Below, piece by piece: positions 36,359 through 44,476 of a stretch of DNA of 49,433 nt. How positions within the stretch are numbered: position 1 is the stretch's first letter; the number at the start of each line of letters is the position of its first letter. A model generated the notes under the pieces. That model was not told where the DNA came from, did no database searches, and saw only the letters and a program-made list of their open reading frames with translations. A program made the position numbers and the translations under genes. The DNA comes from a virus (Duplodnaviria; Caudoviricetes), in IMG/VR virus record IMGVR_UViG_3300017707_001431, positions 1-49,433 of that record; one strand, given 5' to 3'.

Positions 36359-36616
36359 CTATTTCTCCGGCCACAGCGTCGGCCGTTTCTTCTGGTCAAG
36401 CATCTTCTGCATGTTGATCTGCTCTTCGCCGCTCATCGCGCCGCCTTTTTCCAGCCGCATAATGAGGGGAATCAACCTGTCGCGGTATTCAAGGAAGGAT
36501 CTGAGGGTGAGCTTGCCGGGATCGATGCTGAAGAATCGCCGGATGAGGGCGGCGTCAAGGTTCCAGTCTCGCTTGTCGCGCTGGCGTCGTTTGTACCAGC
36601 GCTGCTTTCCAAAGGG
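36359..36616 (-). CDS. -1 frameshift extension of tail assembly chaperone (gpGT-like)
   Basis: C CCT TTG heptamer 36610-36616; -1 frame open ...DWNLDAALIRRFFSIDPGKLTL...WPEK to TAG just before TMP ATG. Confidence 0.8.
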   Translation of the reverse strand, partial: PFGKQRWYKRRQRDKRDWNLDAALIRRFFSIDPGKLTLRSFLEYRDRLIPLIMRLEKGGAMSGEEQINMQKMLDQKKRPTLWPEK

Positions 36617-37023
36617 GGCACGCTCGGTTTCGTGTCTTTGGGGATGAGGGGACGATAGACAATTTCGTCCGTGATGCGAGCGACGACATGAGGCTCGATG
36701 ATCTTGAGAAGCGGTTTCTTATCCGGATCAGTGATCGCATATTCGAGCAACCGGACAACACCTTTGGCCGTGCGGGTCAGTTTCGCCATGACTTCGTACA
36801 GGTCAACGTCTTCATCCTGTGCCCGACGCAATGCGACGACTCGCTCACCGGGGTTAAGCGTCTTATCCGCGGCGACGATCTTCTGTGCTTCCTTGAACCG
36901 TTCATCCTTCAGTTGATTGCAGAGGATTTCCCAATCCTCCATCAACATCCGGCGGAACGAAACGACTTCGCCGCTGATGAGTGTTACATCAAGCGGCGGT
37001 GAGAATGTCTCTAAAAAGCTCAT
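36472..37023 (-). CDS. Tail assembly chaperone (gpG-like)
   Basis: Upstream of TMP, AAGGA SD, Ser/Thr/Pro-rich tail after slippery site. Confidence 0.8.
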   Translation of the reverse strand: MSFLETFSPPLDVTLISGEVVSFRRMLMEDWEILCNQLKDERFKEAQKIVAADKTLNPGERVVALRRAQDEDVDLYEVMAKLTRTAKGVVRLLEYAITDPDKKPLLKIIEPHVVARITDEIVYRPLIPKDTKPSVPPLESSAGTNDASATSETGTLTPPSSGDSSASIPASSPSDPSLNTATG

Positions 37024-37026
37024 GTT

Positions 37027-37410
37027 CTATTCCTTTTCGATTGCCTCAATCACGCTATCAAGAATGAGGTCTTCAACGGCTTCCAGTTCCATCCCGAAGA
37101 TCGGGCGATCCAGATCGTTTTCGAGTGGTTCTGCGTAAATGACTTCGGTGAAAACGGAGGTGCTGACTTGATCGTTGTCGGTGATGGATGCACTTTGAAT
37201 GTCGGCGTGCAACTTGCCGGTATCTTTTCGCGGTGATTCGCCACGCTTCGAACGAATCTTCGTTGATCCACCCTTCGGCCCGATCTTGTAGCCCACCGGG
37301 ACGGAGATTCGATCCTGCACATCCGATACGATCTTGCCCGCTGCAACTTCATGCGCCCGCAAGATCGCCGGAAGGATGTCTTCGAAGAGTTGTTCGGCCG
37401 GAACTGCCAT
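37027..37410 (-). CDS. HK97 gp10-like neck/tail completion protein
   Basis: SKRGESPRKDTGKLHADI, YAEPLE, RPIF. Confidence 0.75.
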   Translation of the reverse strand: MAVPAEQLFEDILPAILRAHEVAAGKIVSDVQDRISVPVGYKIGPKGGSTKIRSKRGESPRKDTGKLHADIQSASITDNDQVSTSVFTEVIYAEPLENDLDRPIFGMELEAVEDLILDSVIEAIEKE

Positions 37411-37739
37411 CACTCGTCAACAGGTTCAGGCGCAGCAGCGGCCAAGAGTCGCCCGGGTTGACCATCGGTCATTTCTTCAACGGTCTGATTGCCGCCCGCG
37501 ATCAAAGCCGCATCGTGCGCGGTTTTCAGGGCTTCCATCTTTTCAGGCGAGGACAATTCAACAATGTCGATCGCTGGATCGAATGTCTCATTGTCGGGAT
37601 TGTTATTCACGATCCGCGCGTATGCCAGCTTGGCCTTTTCCAGACCCAGTGCAGACCATCCCGCGCCATGGAACACGCGCGTGGGGTCATCCTTGCGGCG
37701 GAAGGTGAAGTGATAGTAATTCTCGGTGTTGAACGCCAT
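37410..37739 (-). CDS. Hypothetical late protein
   Basis: AGGAG SD, TGATG coupling. Confidence 0.7.
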   Translation of the reverse strand: MAFNTENYYHFTFRRKDDPTRVFHGAGWSALGLEKAKLAYARIVNNNPDNETFDPAIDIVELSSPEKMEALKTAHDAALIAGGNQTVEEMTDGQPGRLLAAAAPEPVDE

Positions 37740-37747
37740 GATCGCTC

Positions 37748-38284
37748 CTATGCGGTGAGTTGTGAAAGCCTCGGACGAATGTTGATAGCCAATGCGAATT
37801 CAGCCACCGTCCGAAAAACGTGGCCGGTTTCATCGTTCTTTTTGTCTGCCCGCTTCAGGTCGATCTTGAAGCCGTTCACCCATGCGTTCAATCCAAGCCG
37901 TGGCCCCACGCTCCACAGGGCACGGTTGACGTAGCTTTCAATGGGCGATTGGGCGCCCAAGTGGATCTTGTCATAGATGAGCTTGATCGACGCCGTGAGC
38001 GAGCCGGGAACGCCGTGATCGCACGTTGTCGTCGTGTAACTGGCGGCGTTCATCCCGAAGGTGTTTGGAACCTGAGACGGCGGGGAGTTCAGTGATTCAC
38101 TCGTGATGCGAACGATGCAGCACGGGTAATCCGCTGGCTGGCGTTTCAAGTCAGCCCTCGCCTGATATTCCTTGTCGGTTTGTTTCAACCGATTACCAGC
38201 TTTGACCGCTGCTGCGAAGTCATCATCGGCTTCGAGCAGCGACCAAATCTGATCGTGAAGGGTGAGTGCAATGTCGAGTGCCAT
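37748..38284 (-). CDS. Tail terminator-like protein
   Basis: Size, position, ADYPCCIV motif. Confidence 0.55.
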   Translation of the reverse strand: MALDIALTLHDQIWSLLEADDDFAAAVKAGNRLKQTDKEYQARADLKRQPADYPCCIVRITSESLNSPPSQVPNTFGMNAASYTTTTCDHGVPGSLTASIKLIYDKIHLGAQSPIESYVNRALWSVGPRLGLNAWVNGFKIDLKRADKKNDETGHVFRTVAEFALAINIRPRLSQLTA

Positions 38285-38757
38285 TATGCGGAACGTCCGA
38301 TGAGAACCACGTCGTAGAGCGGTGTGCCGGAAGCGGAAACCACCTTCAGGTTATCCGTCGAGCCGTTCGCCACTGCGATTGCGGGATCGGCCTTGCGGAC
38401 GATGAGATCAAAACCACCGGGACTGATCGGGTTGCCGACGACGATGACGGCATTGCTGCCGCCACCAACCGTAATATTGATCGAAGCGTCCCGGTTGATT
38501 ATGAGCATCACGCACAACTCGACGATGCTGAACGACGATTGATCCGGTTGCAGCAAGCCGCCGCCGGATAAATCCATCGTGTCACCGCCTGTTGATGCAG
38601 ACCGTTGAGCAACGTAGCACCGATCCGCCTGGTTCGCAGACGTCCCGGTTTGAAATGTCAGCCCGAAGTTTGCCAGTTGCGGCGCGAAGTTGCCCAGCGC
38701 CGCCACCAGTTGCGGGGTGACACTGACCGCCACGCCGGTTGTAAGGGTTGTAGCCAC
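38284..38757 (-). CDS. Virion structural protein
   Basis: FQTGTSANQAD..DLSG..DNLKV..YDVVLIGRSA; GTG start with GGAG. Confidence 0.7.
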   Translation of the reverse strand: MATTLTTGVAVSVTPQLVAALGNFAPQLANFGLTFQTGTSANQADRCYVAQRSASTGGDTMDLSGGGLLQPDQSSFSIVELCVMLIINRDASINITVGGGSNAVIVVGNPISPGGFDLIVRKADPAIAVANGSTDNLKVVSASGTPLYDVVLIGRSA

Positions 38758-38786
38758 GAATCAACTCCAGTTCTTGCAGAAACGAC

Positions 38787-39194
38787 TTACGCCACCACCC
38801 ACGCCGAAGTAACAGCGCCGTCCGATTCGCCCGACAGGGTTCTGTCAGACATCGCGGCGGCGCGCATGCCTTCTGAGTCGTTGGAAACATGCCCGTTGAA
38901 GGTGAGCGTGCATCCGGTGTGGATGGTCATCACGAACGCAACGGCGGTTGTACTTGCCATTGCGGCCAGAGGGTCGGAGTAAGCGTTGCCGGTTGAGACG
39001 TAGCCCGCGAGGGTGAATAAAAGCTGCTTCATTCCCGGCCGACGCGAACGCCAGCCGGACGTGCAGAACGTGGTGGCTTCGAGCATCTCGCGGCCGATGC
39101 TGAAAGCCATGTATCCGAAAATGCACTTGACCGAGATCGTCGCGATTGTGAAGTCGCTGGCCGCGGCTGTGCCGTCCAGTAGAGCGAGAGCCAT
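38787..39194 (-). CDS. Major tail tube protein (non-contractile)
   Basis: EMLEATTF..GWRSRRPGMK; 135 aa beta-rich. Confidence 0.75.
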   Translation of the reverse strand: MALALLDGTAAASDFTIATISVKCIFGYMAFSIGREMLEATTFCTSGWRSRRPGMKQLLFTLAGYVSTGNAYSDPLAAMASTTAVAFVMTIHTGCTLTFNGHVSNDSEGMRAAAMSDRTLSGESDGAVTSAWVVA

Positions 39195-39217
39195 GATGGT
39201 TCTCCGGTGAGTTGTTT

Positions 39218-39256
39218 AAGAAAAACCCGGCGCAGGAGGAATGAACCTGCGCCGGG
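39218..39256 (-). terminator. Intrinsic terminator after capsid gene
   Basis: CCCGGCGCAGG/CCTGCGCCGGG 11-bp stem then TTTTTCTT. Confidence 0.88.
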
Positions 39257-39273
39257 GGCGAAGCGAACACAGA

Positions 39274-40395
39274 TCAGGCACAATCGCCGAACATGAAGGC
39301 GTTGGGGGATTTGATCGCTGGAACCGAGTAGTTCGCGACGATCACCTTGGCCGCAACGGGATCGGCGTTGAACACGGTGTAGGCATGAAGCCCGTACTTG
39401 ATCGGGAACGCGGCCGACAGTGATTCAGCAGACAGGATCGCCTGCTGCATCGCTGTTTCACTGGTGATGCCAGCAGGGGCCGGAAGCCCGCACTGGATGA
39501 ATTCATACCAGGAGTCATCGCCCGGAGGTGGTGAGAACGCGAGGTAGTTATCACCCGCCCAGCTTGTGGCCGTGCCTGCCAGAACACTTGTGGCATTCTC
39601 GACCGGATGCCATCGCAGTCCGAGCGTTCCATCGGCGATTTCGCCGGAGTCGGTGAATTTGTCGCGGAACATCGGATTGCGTTTGAGGTATTCCTGAAAG
39701 CTGGTGTTTTTGGCGAGGTATTCCGGGATGTTCAGCCCGTAATAAACATCAGTCACCGGGAACCCGAAGTTCTTGGCCTGATACTGCTTCACGCCACGAA
39801 CCTTTGTGACGATCGCGGTTGCAGCCGATGACCAGTCGCCGATTGCATAGGTGCTGCCGGCACCGGCCGTGGTGAGCAGATTGGCAGTAGGCACACCGTA
39901 ATCAATCGTGCGAACTGGTGAACTTGAGGAAGTCTGAAGGGCACCAGTGTCTGCGACCCAAATCTTCCCCTTCGTGACTGCCGAATGCACGGCGTTGGTT
40001 TCCAGCGAAACAAAACGCTCCACGAAGTTCTTGATCTGCTTCTGCAATTCTGCCTGCGCGTTCTGTTGAACGACAGTGTTGTTGAATTGCAACGCCTGAA
40101 TCATTTCCAGCGGGATCATGTAGTTCTCGCGGGAACCGATTGCCACAACCTTCTTTTCCACCGAGTTGACGCCGGGCGCGACGTTCGACGGTGCATCAGG
40201 GTTGGTGACTTTCGCGGCTTCGCGCGATCCGCTGGTGACGTCCCACTTTACCGCGGTGCCAACGGGTTTGTTTGCGCCGGGAGTGTAGAACGCCGCCGGA
40301 AAGGGCCGGAGAAGTCCGGCTTTCACGGCGTATGCCTGAGCGAGTTTCGTCAGTGCATCGCCGTAGAGATAGTCCATCAAATTTGCAGTTGCCAT
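39274..40395 (-). CDS. Major capsid protein (lambda gpE-like)
   Basis: 373 aa; TIDYGVP, WS, SVPAIKSPNAF; GGAG SD; followed by terminator. Confidence 0.85.
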   Translation of the reverse strand: MATANLMDYLYGDALTKLAQAYAVKAGLLRPFPAAFYTPGANKPVGTAVKWDVTSGSREAAKVTNPDAPSNVAPGVNSVEKKVVAIGSRENYMIPLEMIQALQFNNTVVQQNAQAELQKQIKNFVERFVSLETNAVHSAVTKGKIWVADTGALQTSSSSPVRTIDYGVPTANLLTTAGAGSTYAIGDWSSAATAIVTKVRGVKQYQAKNFGFPVTDVYYGLNIPEYLAKNTSFQEYLKRNPMFRDKFTDSGEIADGTLGLRWHPVENATSVLAGTATSWAGDNYLAFSPPPGDDSWYEFIQCGLPAPAGITSETAMQQAILSAESLSAAFPIKYGLHAYTVFNADPVAAKVIVANYSVPAIKSPNAFMFGDCA

Positions 40396-40466
40396 GAGTA
40401 AATCTCCAAAACAGAGCCTTGCCTATCGAGAGGCAATCACGCTGAGTGAATGGTTGAAAGAGTGAA

Positions 40467-41483
40467 TCAGCGATCGTCGCTGAACGTGAATCCGGAAGAC
40501 GCCTTGAGTGCCGTCTTGAGCCAGGTCTTGAGCGAAGCGTCGGACGGATAGTTGACGATCTGGTCAACATTGATGTCGGCGGTTCGCAGAAGCTGAAGCG
40601 ACTGGTTGAGGGCCGAACCGTTGATGTCCAGAACATCGACGCCGTACTGCTGCGACAGGACTTGCAATGGCGTTTCCGATCCGTCTGTCGGTGCGATGAT
40701 CGAAGACGTCACGAATCGACCGTCAACACCGGTTGTGGTGCGAACCACAGTTGCAGATGTAGTCGAGGTTGGGAACGTGACAACCGAGATCATTTCAGTC
40801 GGCTGCGGAAGCGCGGTGTAACCCGTGCCCGAGAAGGTGAAGGTCAACGCCGTGTCCGGTGCCGCGCCTGTTGCCACAATGCCGCCTGCCACACCAGTTG
40901 CAGCATCAAGAGCGGTATTGATCGATGCAAGGTAGGTTGCGTCGGTGGCGTTCCAGGTGATCGCATCGGTTGTGACCATCGTTCCGTTCGCCAGTGGCAC
41001 ACGCAGACGCAAAGTGCCGCCGGTGGCCGCCGCACCAAAGGTGAGGGTTTGAACCTCATTCACGCCAAGTGCCGTGATCGTGACGGTTGTTGCTCCCAGC
41101 GCGGAATAGGTCGCAGTCATCGTGCGAACCGTGCCGGCAGCCGTGGGCGGGCCGATCAGCTTGAACGTTCCGGTTGCGCCAACGCGCCGCGCCAGTTCGG
41201 TTGAAACTGCGGCGGGGATGTCCAGAACGGTTTCGGTGCTGTCCAGTGCTTCACCAGACAAGCCGATGATCGACGGGGCATAGTTGCCGCCGCTGGTGAT
41301 CTTGCCGAGCACAAGCCCGGCACGAAGGATGCTCACAGTGTCATTGCCGGGATCGCGCGAGGCGGTGCCGTCAATCTGTGCGAGCGAGGGAAAGTAAGTC
41401 GGAGTCCCGCTTTTGAAGACGTTCCGGGGCGCAATGGAGCGGCCGGTGTACAGGGCGGGAATCGTGGGATAAGCAGTTGCCAT
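40467..41483 (-). CDS. Head decoration protein with inserted NEVQT Ig-like domain
   Basis: LRAGLVLGKITSGGNYAP and APTDGSETP decoration motifs; position between scaffold and capsid. Confidence 0.75.
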   Translation of the reverse strand: MATAYPTIPALYTGRSIAPRNVFKSGTPTYFPSLAQIDGTASRDPGNDTVSILRAGLVLGKITSGGNYAPSIIGLSGEALDSTETVLDIPAAVSTELARRVGATGTFKLIGPPTAAGTVRTMTATYSALGATTVTITALGVNEVQTLTFGAAATGGTLRLRVPLANGTMVTTDAITWNATDATYLASINTALDAATGVAGGIVATGAAPDTALTFTFSGTGYTALPQPTEMISVVTFPTSTTSATVVRTTTGVDGRFVTSSIIAPTDGSETPLQVLSQQYGVDVLDINGSALNQSLQLLRTADINVDQIVNYPSDASLKTWLKTALKASSGFTFSDDR

Positions 41484-41537
41484 GGTTAAAACCTCGTGAA
41501 AGTGTGAATATGAACCGAGTTTTCTTCGGAAGCGGGA

Positions 41538-42707
41538 TTACTTCGCGCCGGTCAGTTGTTTGATCGTCGCGTCGTAGGGGTTGACCGGCTCCTTCGCGTC
41601 TTCCTTGCCGGGAATCTGACGCGACAGAAGGATTTGAGCGGCCGTCTTCTCGCCACCAGTCGCGGCGCCAAGTTTTGCACCATCGAACAGGTTGATCAGG
41701 AAGTCTGCCAACCGTTCATTGCCGGTGTCGGCGTGTCGAGACAACAGGAAAGCCGATGCCTTCCCGTCTTTCTTGACGACAGCCTTGATCTTGTCACCAA
41801 GGAATTTCGGCATATCGCCGCGTCCGATGGAAAGATCAATGCGGCCGATGGTCAGATCGGCGCGATCCAGAAGCATTTCGGGATCGGGTTCGTTTTCCGT
41901 TGTGGTACGGCTGAGTTGGGTGACGCGAGCGTTGGCGTTCTCCAAGTCCTTTTCAATCTTCTCGAAATCAGACTTGGGGCGTGAGAGTTTGGCGGATTCG
42001 CCCAGTTCGTTGATGCGGGACAGCAGTGCATCGACTGCGTTATCGGGGGTCAGTTCTGCCGGAGTTTTATCACCAAGCAAAGTCTTGATCGCCGCTGTAT
42101 TTTTGTCGTTAAGCTTCATTTCTGAAACTCCTGTTGAAGGTAAGGGTGCGGAAAAAACGAATTCATTACCGTCTGCCGTCGCACCCCGTGAGGCGGCAAT
42201 CGCGGGTTCTACATCTCCAAGTCCCGCACATGCCGGGTCTACGACCATGGCAACATGGTCAATTGCGTTGGTGTATGTGTTGCCAGCGCCGTCGCGAAGG
42301 TTGCGACTGACGCCAATTGATAATTCAGATCGTGATGCAGTCTTCAGGGCATCTTCGCCAATCAGCTGCATACCGATTTTGAGTGTGTCGCCTTCGCGCT
42401 TCATGGCATACACATAGCCACGATTCATGTCGGCGGTGATTCGCTCCCCAAGAACTGGGTGGCGATGGGGCATGAACACCTTCACGCCCCGTGATTTCAT
42501 CTTGTTGAATTGCGAAACGTAGTTGTCCAGATCGTCGGGTTTGATCTCTACATTCTTTCCATTTGCATCAACGTATTTCCCGATGCGCACTGCCTCACGC
42601 GAACGATAGAAGCAAGGGACGCCTCCAATGTTCAGCGGCTGATCGCCGGGGCGGGATAGTTTTTTACTTCGAGCGCCGGTGCAACGGATGAAAAAGAATT
42701 CGCTCAT
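41538..42707 (-). CDS. Prohead protease/scaffold (Mu gpI-like) with probable nested scaffold start at 42119
   Basis: H, LSIG, IDHVAMVVDPA; internal AGGAG-N8-ATG MKLNDK; coiled-coil C-terminus. Confidence 0.8.
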   Translation of the reverse strand: MSEFFFIRCTGARSKKLSRPGDQPLNIGGVPCFYRSREAVRIGKYVDANGKNVEIKPDDLDNYVSQFNKMKSRGVKVFMPHRHPVLGERITADMNRGYVYAMKREGDTLKIGMQLIGEDALKTASRSELSIGVSRNLRDGAGNTYTNAIDHVAMVVDPACAGLGDVEPAIAASRGATADGNEFVFSAPLPSTGVSEMKLNDKNTAAIKTLLGDKTPAELTPDNAVDALLSRINELGESAKLSRPKSDFEKIEKDLENANARVTQLSRTTTENEPDPEMLLDRADLTIGRIDLSIGRGDMPKFLGDKIKAVVKKDGKASAFLLSRHADTGNERLADFLINLFDGAKLGAATGGEKTAAQILLSRQIPGKEDAKEPVNPYDATIKQLTGAK

Positions 42708-43051
42708 TGAATCACCAGAAACTTCCACACCGCCCACACTTGAACGACATGCCACACGTTATCGACGACGATGATTGACCACGGGCCAAGCGGCGGTTGC
42801 ATGAACTTTTCCTGCCGGTTGAACTTCATCCACCACGCTATGATTTGCGTGCGATCCTGAACGAAGTGAACCACCAGCAACACCAGCCACGGAATCCAGC
42901 CCCACGATGCAAACAGACAAACGGATGTTGCCCACAACAGGCAGTGAACCGCGCACGGGATGCTGGACTTCTTTTTGTTGAGGGCCATCCAGTCGTTCTG
43001 CAACAGGTAGTCGCCGACAAGATGCCCGATGAGTGCGAGAAGTAGAGTCAT
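42704..43051 (-). CDS. DUF3307 membrane protein
   Basis: GHLVGDYLLQNDWMALNK, HCLLW, HFVQD, VDNVWH. Confidence 0.88.
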   Translation of the reverse strand: MTLLLALIGHLVGDYLLQNDWMALNKKKSSIPCAVHCLLWATSVCLFASWGWIPWLVLLVVHFVQDRTQIIAWWMKFNRQEKFMQPPLGPWSIIVVDNVWHVVQVWAVWKFLVIQ

Positions 43052-43290
43052 TGCAACTTCCCGCGCGTCACTTCAACCCGCCCGTGCAGGCGCTTGACGA
43101 TCACTCGACCGTTCGATTCGGAGATAATGGTTCGCCCGTCAACGACAGAATGCTCGTAGACATCCGCCCAGCCTTCACTCTCATCGAACTGGAAGCAGGC
43201 GTGATAGACTTCTTCGCCGTTTACCTTCAGGCCGGTCACATACCGATCGGTGTCGGCCAGCATCATGTTTTGTTCGACGGTGAAGATCAC
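43048..43290 (-). CDS. Hypothetical protein
   Basis: 4-nt overlaps at both ends. Confidence 0.7.
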   Translation of the reverse strand: MIFTVEQNMMLADTDRYVTGLKVNGEEVYHACFQFDESEGWADVYEHSVVDGRTIISESNGRVIVKRLHGRVEVTRGKLQ

Positions 43291-44333
43291 TGATAGCTCA
43301 AAAACTTCCGCTTCAGTTCCATGAACTTCATCAAGTCCGCCGGCGTTGCTTCCGGCCGCTGCACGGTTGGCTCATTCGCCAGTGCCGAGCTTTTCCACAC
43401 TTCCACGCGGCAAGATCGACAGCCGAAGTGATTTGGTGGCGTGAATCGCAGCCAGAACGGATCGCCAACAGGTGCACGGGTATCGTCGAGCTTGCGGCAG
43501 CACTCGGTAGTTTTATTGTCGAGAATCGCGCTGTATCGGAATCCCCAAAGTGCGTCTGCAATCTCTGGAGTCTTCCAACCCTCCCCGCGCCCGTTCTCAT
43601 AAGCCGTCGTGACACTCGAATTCACCCACGTTTCAACGCGAGATTGAAACTGTGGAACAAGCCCATTGCGTCGAAAGATGTATCTCGCCGCCGCCTCATA
43701 CGCTCTCACGCCATTCGGATCAGCCTTGATCGACGGCGTTGAAAACGGATGCTGCGACAGTGCCTTGTGAGACAGCAGGGACGGCGCTGGCGGCGAAGCT
43801 GGATTGAACGCAGCCGGGAAATCCTGTTTCGTCACCAGATCAAAGATCGACTTGCCCGCAACCCGAGCCGCGCGGAGCTCATGCAGGTCAGCCGCAAGTG
43901 GTGTCGCCAAGCCCTGTACCATCTTGCGAGCAACGGGAAGGTAGAACGCGAAGATCGCCCGTTGTTCATCCTCAGACAGCAGGCCCAGCAGTAACAGCAA
44001 TGCCAGGAGCTTCTTTTGATCGTCTTCCTCTTTCGACAGATTGATTCGCTTGCCGAAATGCTGGCGAGCGTTCAACAGCGTGCGCCGCCGTCCCATGAGG
44101 TCAGCATTCACCAGCATCATTTGAAACAATGGCACAAGCCCAGCCTGCCCGATGCTTGCATTGCCCGTGAGAACATCGACAGCCGCCTGCGCGGGATCAT
44201 GGCCCAGCCGGACAGCATGAACCGCGTGCATCATGGCTTGACGGCCCACAGTTGCGGCGCGTCGGATTGCAGCGGGTTCGATGCGTTGGCGGTCGCGTTC
44301 GATGCGTCCTGCGTTGGATTGAATGGCGGTCAT
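43287..44333 (-). CDS. MuF/SPP1 gp7-like head morphogenesis protein (no toxin extension)
   Basis: FRYSAILDNKTTECC..LD, PPNHFGCRS. Confidence 0.9.
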   Translation of the reverse strand: MTAIQSNAGRIERDRQRIEPAAIRRAATVGRQAMMHAVHAVRLGHDPAQAAVDVLTGNASIGQAGLVPLFQMMLVNADLMGRRRTLLNARQHFGKRINLSKEEDDQKKLLALLLLLGLLSEDEQRAIFAFYLPVARKMVQGLATPLAADLHELRAARVAGKSIFDLVTKQDFPAAFNPASPPAPSLLSHKALSQHPFSTPSIKADPNGVRAYEAAARYIFRRNGLVPQFQSRVETWVNSSVTTAYENGRGEGWKTPEIADALWGFRYSAILDNKTTECCRKLDDTRAPVGDPFWLRFTPPNHFGCRSCRVEVWKSSALANEPTVQRPEATPADLMKFMELKRKFLSYQ

Positions 44334-44476
44334 GATTTCGGGATGTCTTCCCACTCACTCACGGATTCAACGGTCAACTGCAAACTCAGTGGATCGATGG
44401 TGGCAGTTGCACACTTCACCTGAATGACGGTCTTGCCATCGGACTCGATCACGCGAATGTCTTTGACGAATCTCAT
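44330..44476 (-). CDS. Small hypothetical protein (48 aa), not in ORF track
   Basis: MRFVKDIRVIESDGKTVIQVKC...IPKS; ATGA overlaps with both portal and MuF. Confidence 0.7.
   Translation of the reverse strand: MRFVKDIRVIESDGKTVIQVKCATATIDPLSLQLTVESVSEWEDIPKS

Noticed and set aside
43287-44333. MuF polymorphic toxin
   Set aside because: Only about 40 aa follow the PPNHFGCRS motif; no toxin domain
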